DNA of 64,000 bases from Squalus acanthias (lineage: Eukaryota): the NCBI GenBank assembly GCA_030390025.1, contig CM059426.1, forward strand, positions 184,016,001 through 184,080,000, written 5' to 3'. Both the position numbers and the translations under genes were made by a program. Under the pieces are notes generated by a model. That model searched no databases. It had not been told where the DNA came from and worked only from the letters and a program-made list of their open reading frames with translations. This document shows, in pieces, positions 1 through 11,399 of the stretch. Every line of letters starts with the position of its first letter. Positions within the stretch are counted from its first letter, which is position 1.

Positions 1-5
1 CTCCT

Positions 6-3000
6 CTACTTGAATCCTCTCGCTATGAAGGCCAACATACCATTTGCCTTCTTAACCACCTGCTGCACCTGCATGCTTACCTTCAGCGACTGGTGCACAA
101 GAACACCCAGGTCTCGTTGCGCTTCCCTTTCTCCCAATCTGTTGCCATTCAGATAATAATCTGCCTTCCTGTTTTTGCCACCAAAGTGGATAACCTCGCA
201 TTTATCCACATTATACTGCAACTGCCATGCATCTGCCCAATCACCCGCCCAATCACCCAACCTGTCCAAATCATACTGGAGTTTCTCTGCATCCTCCTCA
301 CAGCACACACGCCCACCCAGCTTTGTGTCATCTGCAAACTTGGAGATATTACATCTAGTTCCCTCGTCTAGATCATTAATATATATTGTGAATAGCTGGG
401 GTCTTAGCACCGATCCCAGCGTTACCCTACTAGTCACTGCCTGCCACTCGGAAAAAGACCCGTTTATTCCAACTCTTTGCTTTCTGTCTGCCAACCAGTT
501 CTCTATCCAAGTCAGTACCTTACCTCCAATCCCATGTGCTTTAGCTTTGCATGCTAATCTCTTATGCGGGACCTTATCGAAAGCCTTCTGAAAGTCCAAA
601 TACACCACATCCACTGGTTCTCCCTTATCTATTCTACCAGTTACCTCCTCAAAAAATTCCAGTAGATGAGTCAAGCATGATTTACCTTTTGTAAATCCAT
701 GTTGACTTTGTCCGATCCTGTCACTGTTTTCCAAGTGCTCTGCTATTACATCTTTTATAATGGACTCTAGCATTTTCCCCACTACCGATGTCAGGCTTAC
801 TGGTCTATAATTCCCTGTTTTCTCTCTACCACCTTTTTTAAATAGTGGGGTTACATTAGCTACCCTCCAATCCATGGGAACTGTGCCAGAGTCTATAGAA
901 TTTTGGAAGATGACCAGCAATGCATCTACTATTTCTAGGGCCACTTCCTTAAGTACCCTAGGATGCAGATTATCAGGCCCTGGGGATTTATCGGTCTTCA
1001 ATCCTGTCAATTTCCCTAACACCATTTCCCTACAAATACTGATTTCATTCAGTTCCTCCCTCTCATTAGACCCTATGGGGGAAAAATTAGGTCGCGCCCC
1101 ATTTGGGGCGCAAATATCGTCTGGACGCAAATATTAGCGCCTGGCGCTAATTATCGCCACTGACTGGAAACTTCACTTTTACCGCCCCGGGAGGTGAGTG
1201 GAGCGCTAAATCAGGCGCTGCACACCTGTCTTAAGGCGCAAAGGCCGAGCAGTGAGGCGCTAACTCAGCGCGCGAGCGCAGCGCAGGTGCTGCCAGTTAG
1301 CGAGGGAACAAAGACACACTGGCGCCAGCCAGTTCTTAAAGCGGGGGGGGGGGGGCAACTGTTAGGATCAGTAGGCAAAACTACCTCACAAAGCGTTGAG
1401 TCAATGCAGAAGTCTCTCTTTCTCTCCGAATCTCTCTCTCTCTCTCAGAACGAGTGGTGCAAAAATGTCAACCACAGAAAAAGACAGGAAGAGGCCCCCT
1501 TTAAATAGCGCCCCCCCCAGCCCCACAGCGATTGATAGCGTTCCAGTCTTCCGGTCGTTGGATGCGCCAGGCGGTAAGGCAGGGGGCGACACTCAATTTC
1601 CGCTCCGGGGCGCCACAAGGGCGTTGCACCATGGAATGACGTCACAATCTGTGCGCGCAGGTGGTCGCGGTGGTAAAGTTTAGCGCCGCCGCACAATCTC
1701 TAGTTAAGTTCCCGAGCGGCGCAAACATCGCTGCGCCCGGGCGTTAGCGGCTTTGCGCCCCATTAGCGCCCTCTTAAGGCGCTAACGGGAGGCGCAACCA
1801 ACTGAATTTTTACCCCTATGTTCCCTGACATCTCTGGGAGGTTATTTGTGTCCTCCTTTGTGAAGACAGAACCAAAGTATGTATTTAATTGGTCAACCAT
1901 TTCTTTGTTCTCCATTATAAATTCCCCTGATTCTGACTGCAAGGGACCTACGCTTGACTTCACCAATCTTTTTCTCTTCACATATCTATAGAAGCTTTTA
2001 CAGTCAGTTTTTATGTTCCCTGCAAGCTTTCTCTCATACTCTATTTTCCCCCTCTTAATTAATCCTTTTGTCCTCCTTTGCTGAATTCTAAACTGCTCCC
2101 AATCCTTAGGTTTGCTGCTTTTTCTGGCCAATTTATATGTCCTCTCCTTGGATCTTATGCTATCCCTAATTTCCCTTGTTAGCCACGGTTGCGCCACCTT
2201 TTTTGTTTTATTTTTATGCCAGATAGGGATGAACAAATTCTGTAGTTCATCCATGCGATCTTTAAATGTTTGCCATTGCCTATCCACCGTCAACCCTTTA
2301 AGTAACGTTCCCCAATCCATCCTAGCCAACTCGCGCCTCATACCATCGTGGTTTCCTTTATTTAAATTCAGGACCCTAGTCTCTGAGTCAACTACTTCAC
2401 TCTCCATCTTAATGACGAATTCGATCATATTATGATCGCTCCTCCCCAGGGGGCCTCGCACAACAAGATTGCTAATCAATCCTTTCTCATTACATAATAC
2501 CCAGTCTAAGATGGTCTGATCTCGAGTTGGTTCCTCGACATATTGGTCCAGGAAACCATCCCGTATACACTCTAGGAATTCCTCCTCCACACAATTGCTA
2601 CTAATTTGGTTAGCCCAATCTATATGTAGATTAAAGTCACCCATGATAACTGCTGTGCTCTTATTGCACGCATCTCTAATTTCCCGTTTAATGCCATCTC
2701 CAACCTCAGCATTACTGTTTGGGTGTCTGTATACAACTCCCACTAACGTTTTCTGCCCCTTGGTATTTCTCAGCTCTACCCATACAGATTCCACATCATC
2801 AGAGCTAATATCCTTCCTTACTATTGTGTTAATCTCTTTAACCAGCATTGCTACCCCACCTCCTTTTCCTTTTTGCCTGTCCTTCCTGAATATTGAATAC
2901 CCCTGGATGTTGAATTCCCAGCCTTGGTCACCGTGGAGTCATGTCTCCGTAATCCCAATTATATCATATCCATTTACATCTATTTGCGCAGCTAATTCAT

Positions 3001-3050
3001 CCACCTTATTATGAATGCTCCTCGCATTAAGAAACAAAGCCTTCAGGCTT
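6..3050 (-). pseudogene. CR1 ORF2 (endonuclease + reverse transcriptase), disrupted
   Basis: ORFs 1763-2848 and 6-1130 join in frame (...EMSGNIG-SNEREEL...) once the MITE plus one TSD (743 nt) is removed. Premature stops at ~2939-2941 (ETW>ET*) and 6-8. Start coordinate approximate. Confidence 0.9.
1077..1816 (-). mobile_element. Harbinger MITE (740 bp), internal-deletion derivative of the autonomous element at 49858-54057
   Basis: TIRs GGGGGAAAAATT / GGGGTAAAAATT (rc); TSD TAT at 1074-1076 and 1817-1819. Both arms match the reverse complement of the ends of 49858-54057 closely. Confidence 0.95.
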
Positions 3051-3222
3051 GTTTTTTTTACACTCTTAGTCCTTTTAGAATTATTATTTACTGTGGCCCT
3101 GTTTGATTTACACCCTTGATTTCTCTGCCTTCCACTTTTGCTTTTCTCCTTCCTGTCTTTTGCTTCTATCCTTACTTCCCTTTCCTCTGTTTCCCTGCAC
3201 AGGTTCCAAGCCCCCTGCCATT

Positions 3223-4152
3223 TTACTTTAAACCCTCCCCAACAGCACTAGCAAACACTCCCCCTAGGACATCAGTCCCGGTCCTGCCCAGGTGCAAACC
3301 GTCCAGTTTGTACTGGTCCCACCTCCCCCAGAACCGGTTCCAATGCCCCAGGAATTTGAATCCCTCCCCCTTGCACCATTCTTCTAGCCACGTATTCATC
3401 TGAAATATCCTTCTATTTCTACTCTGACTAGCACGTAGCACTGGCAGCAATCCTGAGATTACTACCTTTGAGGTCCTATTTTTTAATTTACCTCCTAACT
3501 CCCTATATTCAGCTTTTAGGACCTCATCCCATTTTTTACCTATATCGCTGGTACCTATATGCACCATGACAGCTGGCTGTTCACCCTCCCCCTCCAGAAT
3601 GCCCTGCAGCCGCTCTGAGACATCCTTGACCCTTGCACCAGGGAGGCAACATACCATCTTGGAGTCTCGTTTGCGGCCGTAGAAACGCCTATCTATTCCC
3701 CTTACAATAGAAACCCCTATCACTATAGCTCTCCCACTCTTTTTCCTCCCGTCCTGTGCAGCAGAACCACCCATGGTGCCAGGAAGTTGGCTACTGCTGC
3801 CTTCCCCCGATAAGCCATCTCCCCCAACAATATCCAAAGCGGTATATCTGTTTGAGAGGGGGATGGCCACAGGGGACCCCTGCACTACCTGCCTGCGCCT
3901 ACTACTCTGCCTGGTGCTCACCCATTCCCTTCCTGCCTGTGCAGCCTTTACCTGCGGTGTGACCAACTCCCTAAATGTGCTATCCACGATGTCCTCAGCA
4001 TTGTGAATGCTCCAGCATGTATCCATTCGCAGCTCCAGCGCCGCAATGCGGTCTGCCAGTAGCTGCAGCTGGATACACTTCCTGCACACATGGTCGTCAG
4101 GGACACAGGAAGTGTCTCTGATTTCCCACATAGTGCAGGAGGAGCATGCCAC
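3223..4152 (-). CDS. CR1 ORF1 protein (N-terminal zinc finger/coiled coil, C-terminal SGNH-like esterase), open 309 aa
   Basis: CxxC...CxxC (CSSC...CRKC), then IVIGxSIVR, CCLPGA, HIGT and DGLHL motifs typical of CR1 ORF1 esterase. Confidence 0.85.
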   Translation of the reverse strand: MACSSCTMWEIRDTSCVPDDHVCRKCIQLQLLADRIAALELRMDTCWSIHNAEDIVDSTFRELVTPQVKAAQAGREWVSTRQSSRRRQVVQGSPVAIPLSNRYTALDIVGGDGLSGEGSSSQLPGTMGGSAAQDGRKKSGRAIVIGVSIVRGIDRRFYGRKRDSKMVCCLPGARVKDVSERLQGILEGEGEQPAVMVHIGTSDIGKKWDEVLKAEYRELGGKLKNRTSKVVISGLLPVLRASQSRNRRIFQMNTWLEEWCKGEGFKFLGHWNRFWGRWDQYKLDGLHLGRTGTDVLGGVFASAVGEGLK

Positions 4153-4431
4153 GGGGCCGAGCTGTGCTGCCTTGACTTACCCTTTAATAATCCAAATTAA
4201 ATTAAATCAAATCAATACCACCAATTACACTACAATTAAATGATATACTCAAGGGCCCTTGTTTACTAGCACTCCCCGCTACACAACAGAGAACTTAAAA
4301 ACTATAACCACAAAAATTAAGTTTGGAAAAAAGCAAGAAAGAGAGAAATACTCACCAACCAATCACTTATCTGCTTTCTGGTGATGTCACACTTCGATTA
4401 CTTTTTTACACTCACCGGTCTGTTGTAGCTA

Positions 4432-4671
4432 GCTCACCTTTAAATCTCCCGAGGTTTGGCGCTCTCCAGCTGCTCTCGCTCACCTTTAAATCTCCCGAGG
4501 TTTGGTGCTCTCCAGCCGCTCTCGCTCCCCTTTAAATCTCCCGAGGTTTGGCGCTCTCCCGCCGCTCTCGCTCACCTTTGAAATCTCCCCAGGTTTGGCG
4601 CTCTCCAGCCGCTCTCGCTCACCTTTGAAATCTCCCCAGGTTTGGTGCTCTCCAGCCACTCTCGTTCACTT
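4432..4671. repeat. ~46-47-bp tandem repeat (~5 copies) forming the CR1 5' UTR
   Basis: Unit ~GCTCACCTTTAAATCTCCCGAGGTTTGGCGCTCTCCAGCCGCTCTC repeated directly upstream of ORF1. Confidence 0.9.
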
Positions 4672-4896
4672 CTTGAAAGTAATGCCATGGGATCTTTTGC
4701 ATCCACCTGAGAGAGCAGACGGGGCCTCGGTTTAACGTCTCATCTGAAAGATGGAACCTCCGACAGTGCAGCACTCCCTCGGTTCTGCATTGGAGTGTCA
4801 GCCGAGATTTTTGTGCTCAACTCTCTGGAGTGGGACTTGAACCCACAACCTTCTGACTCTAGAGGTGAGTGTGCTACCCACTGAGCCACGGCTGAC
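4672..4896 (-). mobile_element. tRNA-derived DeuSINE-like SINE, 5' half (truncated by the CR1)
   Basis: Reverse strand: A box GTGGCTCAGTGG and B box GGTTCAAGTCCC; body matches 37310-37755 and 18757-18908. Family name from recall (SacSINE1/AmnSINE-like). Confidence 0.75.
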
Positions 4897-5639
4897 ATAA
4901 AGGAGATCGAGAGAGATTACCTAATGAGCAACAAGCCTTTTCTTGTGTTCTGTGCAGGAGTATGATAGAAACAATAGAAAAGTCTTCCAAGTTATCAGAG
5001 AAGTATTGAAGTCTTGGATGGACTCTGACTTCATGGAGACTTAAGAATTGTTTAAGTGAAAAGAACAAGAAAAATGAGCTTCTTGGAAGCAGCTTTAGCA
5101 GTAGATGAGAGGTGGGAGTTTTATTTTAGGTCAGAGGAAATAATGAATGTCCACAGGTGAGGAAGGGCTAAGGGTGGAGATTTTGGAGAAACTTGTGAGA
5201 GATGTGAAGAATTTGTGTCTTTGAAGAGATGCAGTAACTAAACTTTACACTGTAAGGAGTTATGTGCACTCAGCATGCAATCTGAGTGAAGTTGATGAAT
5301 GTTGAGTGGAATCATCAGTAAACAATTGGATACAGTTTCTTTCTGGACTTTCTATCCATCTTCCATCCTGATATACAGTTACCAGCTCTCCTAAGGAAGT
5401 GGCTGTCCTTTTTGACTCAAGGTTATTCAGGATAGGAAAGGATTATGCATTAGTGGATGTGTAAAATAGAAATGGCGCCACTGCCTATAATAAATGGGGA
5501 TTTCAGCCGAAGAATGTTTGCCTCATAAAGTTGAGAAATTCCAAAGCATTACCAAGGGTGGGAGAGCTTCCTCAGGCCCTTTTGCTGCTTCTTAGCTTTC
5601 TGAGAGAGCTGATGTTTTCCTGAGTTAGTTTAGAAGCTG

Positions 5640-5920
5640 TGTAGTCTTGAAGGCAATTACTTATATGGGCTATGGTTCCAGGGGTGCTATCTATCCTCCA
5701 ATACCTCAACCAGATTCTCATTCTTCATGCCACAGTCTAAACTGAGTGTGTTAGCTGAGAATTCAGCTACAGGGCACATCAGAGAAGCTCAATCCTGTTC
5801 TCTGTATTGTGATCAACAGTAGAAGCCCTGTGTTTCTTTTCATCCTCAATCTGGGTGTGCTGAGGCCAACTGTAGCATCCGCACAGCTGCTCCAGTTGAG
5901 ATCAACAAACTCAGCACAAA
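5640..5920 (-). mobile_element. Old degenerate SINE-like repeat
   Basis: Reverse strand GTGCTGAGTTTGTTGATCTCAACTGG...GCTACAGTTGGCCTCAGC resembles a common elasmobranch SINE body (recall only). Confidence 0.35.
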
Positions 5921-6169
5921 TTATATCATGTTCTCACCCTGTTTGAAAGTGCATTTCTGAGTGCTGTGATGCACAAAATCTGTTTTGTTCAGTTGCATAA
6001 AGTGAAGGTTGGTACTGCAAATTTAATAGTAATTTTAATTCATGTATACTCCGAGTGTGCTTTGTTACAACACCTGGAGTAATGGCCATAGGCTAATCCT
6101 CGAGGCTAAGAAAGTGATAAACTTGTCTCACACTGCATTTTTATTTCTTTAAAATATTAATCAACTCCT

Positions 6170-6835
6170 AGAAAATGGGTGGGTTGGGGTTGAGTCAGAG
6201 GTTAAAATTCAAAAAATCTGAAACAGGAAACTAACCCGCCTCGAACTTGCCCACTTCCGGTTTTACCAGAGGCAGGACGAGGGGTGGGTGATCAATCCGC
6301 TCGCAGGAGGCGGTTTGTCATTTAAATATTATAATACGTGCCTTCATTTTAACAGTCATTCTATTTTTAACTCATGTCGGCCGGGTTTCCCAACCACCAT
6401 CTGCCTCCCCCCCGCCGACCACCATCGGACCTCCTCCCGAACACCATCGGACCCCAAACCACCATCGGACCCCCCGACCACCATCTGTCCCCACAACCAT
6501 CATCGAACCCCCTCACGCGTGACTGAACCAACCTCGCCATCGGACCCCCTCCCACCCCACGATCAGACACCCCCACCCGGCGATCTCCCCCACCCCCAGC
6601 CCCATTAGACCTTCCTGCTCTCAGGCCAGCTCGACTGTGGCCTTGTTCTGTAGGATTTCCCGCCTGACAGGCCACTAGCCTGCCAATCAGGCTGGCTGAC
6701 GGCGGGAAACCTACAGAAAAAAATTTAAAGACATCGTTCGGGAATCCCATACTCCTGGGTTTCCCGACCTCAAAACAACCCCCCTCACCACTTGGAACGT
6801 GCCTCCAAGCTAAACTCCAGGCCCGATTATCTGCC
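6170..6835. mobile_element. GC-rich Harbinger-type MITE remnant with C-rich internal repeats
   Basis: Same architecture as other MITEs here (GC-rich arms, TTTAAATAT core, CCCCC..CGA repeats); ends in AACTCCAGGCCC. Left terminus not resolved. Confidence 0.45.
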
Positions 6836-6869
6836 AGAATTTGTGTGCGACAAAACCTTGAGTGAGGCA

Positions 6870-8959
6870 TCACCTTATCCCATTCCCGCTAACACCAACT
6901 TTTCTTGTCTGACGGAGCTGGAGGTAGGCTGCTGGGGATGATATTGGGACCCTTGAGATGCTCATGACAGTGATCTTGAGCCTGTGAGGGCACAGCTGCA
7001 GGTTGGATCTCCTCGGCTGGCACCGGGGCTGTCTCGCCCAGCCGGCTATTGGGTACCATGGCGGGTATTGGTTCAGGGGTGGTGAGGGGGCAGACATCTT
7101 GATAGAGGGCAACACTTGCCTGTCTCACAGCGCTGTGGTCACTCCCATGGGGCTGTGGCTCATCGCTCCCTCTAATCTGAGTGAGAGCAGACTGCAGGAG
7201 CTTAGTGACACTTTGAAAGCCCCTGTTGATGTGGTCCATCAGTTTATCCATCTGGTGGACCAGTCTCTCTGAGGTGGAGTAAACATTGGAGCCCAGAGTC
7301 TGGTTGAAAGTCATCTGAGCTTCCATCAAAGCTGCAAAGGCTGATGAGACAGACTTCTGCTGTGAGGGCCCAGCTGTAGTGTCCCTGGAGGTGGCCAACA
7401 GATTTCAAAGTGGAAATGCCATACGACAGAACTCCACAATGACTGGAAACGAACTCCTCCATGCTTTCAGACATGATGCTGAAAGTATTTGGCAGGCTTT
7501 CCAATGCATCATATAATTGCTGATATTCCTCAATCATTTTTCTTTTAATGGACAGACCCCAGAGGTCCACCTCTCTGTCCTACCCAACGGAGCTAGGAGA
7601 GGAGTACCTACTCCTGCTGATGGTGCTGTGTGTTTCACCAGGTGCAGGCCCCTCTAACTCATTATCTATCCTACCCGAGGTGGTAATCTCTATGTTGGTG
7701 CTTGGGAGGGATAGAACACTGACGGGGCTTCCTCAGGAGCGATGTCCTCCTTTGAGGTGTCCTCTTCAGGAACCTCTTGAGGTTGTTGCTACTGAGAATA
7801 GCCTAGAGGAAAGGGACAAGAGTTAGGATAACAATGAGAGACTGGACATTTCCACATGAAAGGCTTGACTATGCTGGTTGAGGTTTTGAAGTTGGGTGAA
7901 GCTGTAATTGCTTGTGATACTTGACGTGGTACCTGAGGGAGAACAGGTAAAGACAAGCTTCATCATCTCCAATGCGAATTGCTGTGGATGTCCCACTTAT
8001 TTTCATAGTCTACTGCTCCACCTAAGTGAGAGCCATGATGTCGAAAGTTCCTCCGCTGGTTTTATTTCTCTCTCTTGTGCGCTGTCTTCTCCTACAGAAG
8101 TGTAAAGAGAGAGAGTTACAAGTTGCTACTGAGAAGGCAAGTGCATGTGTGTGGGCTTCTGCATGTAGTGCATAGGCTGGGATGGAGGTTTAAGTGTGAC
8201 TTGAGGAGGGAGTCATGGGAGGAGGTGCAGGTTCAGCAACTGACAGCAGATGAGAAGAGCGTGCCGTGGGCGGATGCAGTGAAGGCAGCAAGCAGCAGGT
8301 GAGTGTGCGTTAGGAGTGAGAATGAGAGGTGGTAGAGTGCGCCCTTGTGATTGGTGGTGAAGGATGTGATGCAGGGATGGTAATTGCTGTGAATGCTGAA
8401 GGATGGAGGGGAAGGACTGTGACCAGTTGCAGTGCAAGAGATGGTGAAGCGAGGAGTTGTGGGCCCCTTCGTTGATCTAGTGAAGTAATTGAACGTCTTC
8501 CTGCACTAGATCCAGATCCTTGGGCTGATGCTCCTGCTACTGATTTCCTCTGCCACCTCTAACCATGCTTTTGTTGAGAGGCTGTTGGGCATCTTCTTTG
8601 TGGGGAAATCACTTCCCTCCTGTCACTGACAGCTGCCAGTAACACCTCCAGTGAGGCTTCTGACAACCTGGGGGTGACCTTTCCCCTCCTTCCAGCCACA
8701 TTTACTGTCCAGCACAAGAAGAAATCCAAATATAAACAATGTTCAAATTCAGTGAATGCAACTTCCCTCTAAGAGGTGCATTCACCCTTTAAATATCCTG
8801 CCTTGTGACTGCCGCTGCCCTGTAATCGTGGATGGGTGGCCTGCTGCAATTGATATTATAATAAAACTCGCCAGTTAAAATCGGTCCGGTCATGCTCCCC
8901 CACCCCCCCCCCCCAACTCCCCGATTTTAACTGATCTTGCTCCGAGTTAAAATGACCCC
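6870..8959 (-). pseudogene. Decayed Harbinger Myb/SANT-like gene with one element end
   Basis: Minus strand 8470-8700 reads ..PRLSEASLEVLLAAV..AWLEVAEEISSRSISPRIWI*CRKTFN.. with frameshifts. 6889-7570 resembles the C-terminal exon of the intact Myb gene (QPAAVPS vs QSAAGPS). Candidate TIR AAAATGACCCC ends at 8959. Confidence 0.65.
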
Positions 8960-9826
8960 TGTTGTGTTGAAGAGGTCTTTCTGTATTTCATTTTCCCAAA
9001 ACATTTTTTATAATGCAATCTTCACTATATTGAATATTGTTTGAAATATAGAGAGCTGTTTGTACTTAATAATTTGAGACATAATCTATGTTTCCAAACA
9101 AGTGAAGACAAAATATCTTTTACTCTTTAGCAAGCCAGATGTTGTTTTCTGATTTCATTGATTGATGCAGTAGTTTGTAGAAATACGTTGTGTGTGTTAT
9201 TGACATTTCAAGAATTTATATTAAGGTGCATATTTAGTGCAGCCATTGTACATTTTGATGGCATGGCACTTGCAGGAGAGTACATTGCTACATTAGCTTT
9301 ATTGCCATAGCTGTTTATAAGTTTGGAGCAATGAGTATTGAAGGGTTGAAGCAATTAACTCAGTCTTGGTTCCTGGTGTTTGGGTGGGCCTGGGGATCAA
9401 GAGGTTCTCTCTAGCTAAAGATTGTATTGTTTGGGTTGAAGTCAGCTTTGGGTAGATCACTGATGCTGGCTTATTTCCCATCATGTGTACTGCTTTGCTT
9501 TTTATTCTCCTGGGAGCTGATTTGGACCTTGAGAGGGAGCAGGGGTGGCTGTGTTGAGCGAGGCTCCAGGAAATTGCCTCAGATTACCTGGAATTTCCCC
9601 AGTTCCTGAAATAATATTGAAAAGCTTCCCAAGTTGTAAGATATTTCAGAATTATCAGACTTCTCTATTTTGTGACACTGCTAGTCAGTGAGCATTATTC
9701 ATGTTAGGACAGTTCTATTCTGGAAAAATATACTGGGCTCACAATTATTTTGCTTGAAAATTGCATTTCCATATACACGGTGGTACTTGAAAGTTACTTC
9801 TGATTTGATTCTGAAAGATACACCTT

Positions 9827-10694
9827 GTCCCGATTTTAACTGCCCTCCACCTGGCGAAAACCGGGTTTGCGGGGGTGGGGTGGGTGGCAGATAAAATAAT
9901 GCAAGTCACTTAGCCACTCCCATCCCGTTGCCTTCACGCCGTGTTCCGATATTAACCTGCTCTTTTGAACAGGCGAGCAGGACACCTGCAGGAAGGAAGT
10001 GGGGACCAACTTTAAATATGCAGATTGGGTAAGATGATCTCATCAGGATCCGATCTGCAATTTCAACCCAAGGCTTGAGTCGGGGGCCAGTGTCGGCTGC
10101 CCCATCTGGCAAAGCCTGCTGGGAGCCAGATCCTGGGCCAGAAGAGACCCAGATGTTAAGCTTTAAAGTTTTATTTTAGCCATCCTTGTGGGCCAGGAGG
10201 GGCAAAAGTGCTCCTCCAGCCCTCACAAGGGAGCTTTGTGTCTCCCTTTCCCCAGTCTACCCCCCCTCCTGATCTTTGACAGATCCTTCTCCACCTTCCT
10301 GATCCTGCCCAGAGCCTTTTACCCCCCCTGATGGTGGCCAGAACCTTACCCCCTCCCGATCCCTTCAAACAGCCTCTCGCCCCTCCTGATGGCGGCCAGA
10401 TTCTTCCCCGCCCCCGTCCTGCCCAGAGCCTTCCACCCCCCACTGACAGCCGGGAACCGTTCACACGGGTCCCTGGCTGCGGCCTCTTGCCACTAGATGC
10501 ACACACCTGCCTGCCAGCCAGGTAGTTAATCTGGCCAGTTATGAGTCGAGACTCTGGATAGATTTATTTGAATGAGGCACTGCCGTTAAGATTGGCAGGG
10601 CCTCCACGTCCCCGGCCTTGCCAGGTTTGTCTCCTGCAACCGGGTTCCCTTGCACCCTTACCACCCCTCCCGCCACCCTGTGAAAATCAAGGGC
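9827..10694. mobile_element. Harbinger-type MITE
   Basis: Imperfect TIRs GTCCC-GATTTTAAC / GCCCTTGATTTTCAC (rc); 3-bp duplication CTT (or TTG); GC-rich arms in AT-rich flanks. Confidence 0.6.
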
Positions 10695-11334
10695 CTTGTG
10701 TTTCAATTGGGGGAATTCTTGTCCATTTTGCCTTGTGTTGCTTTTTTAAGAATGTTCTCACAAATGCCTGTCAGAGAGGAGACTTTCCTGATTTGTACCT
10801 TAATTATTGAGTACTGCTAAATTAGTTTTGCAAATTATTTAATGTTTTGCATGCTGAAAATAATTTGTTACATCGTAATTAACTATACTGCACGGTCACA
10901 TTTTTAAAAAAAGGTTGATTAATATTTTAACCTGTGTGCCTGGCTTGTTGAAAATGATTTACAGAACTGAAGCCAAGTTATCTTACTGTAATACATTATT
11001 ATGAGCTTTATCTTTTATTTAAAAAAGACTAACGTCTTGTTTTACATAAAATCACACAAGTTCCTGTTTCTCCTTCCCTGTGAGATGGGAAGCCAATGAA
11101 AAAACAGATGGTTTCTGCTGCAGTCACCAAATCTCTCAGCTGCAGGGTAAGAAGAGCCTTCTGGGGAGTTATCTGGCATTTAGCAGGCTGTCATATGTAC
11201 GCAGCTGCTGGCTGGAGCAGGAATTTTCTAATGATTTTCTTCTCTGACCTTTATTACTGATGCATCTTCTTTCAGAACCATCTTTCCTTCACCAGCAAAA
11301 TACCATTTTATTAATGTTTCATTTTCTCACGCAG

Positions 11335-11399
11335 AACTAACAGAAAGATGGTGCCGCCTGAAAGGAAACCTGCTCTTCTTAATGAAAAATAGAAGCAGT
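11335..11399 (+). CDS. Internal coding exon of a host gene, PH-domain beta2-beta3 segment: xLTERWCRLKGNLLFLMKNRSS
   Basis: Acceptor ttttctcacgcag|, donor |gtaagt; 65 nt, phase 1 to 0; RWxxLxGNxLF is a PH-domain motif; lies in non-repetitive DNA. Confidence 0.7.

Larger units (their letters stand above)
1..4671 (-). mobile_element. CR1 non-LTR retrotransposon, 5'-complete (repeat-containing 5' UTR, ORF1, ORF2); 3' end runs off the window; interrupted by a Harbinger MITE at 1077-1816
   Basis: ORF1 with zinc finger and esterase. ORF2 has APE endonuclease motifs (GDFN, SDH) and RT motifs (KSPGPD, NYRPVSLTS, YLDFQKAFD, KFADDTK). Confidence 0.95.

Noticed and set aside
1763-2848. Separate 361-aa and 374-aa genes with novel termini
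   Set aside because: They are two halves of one CR1 ORF2 reading into the inserted MITE.
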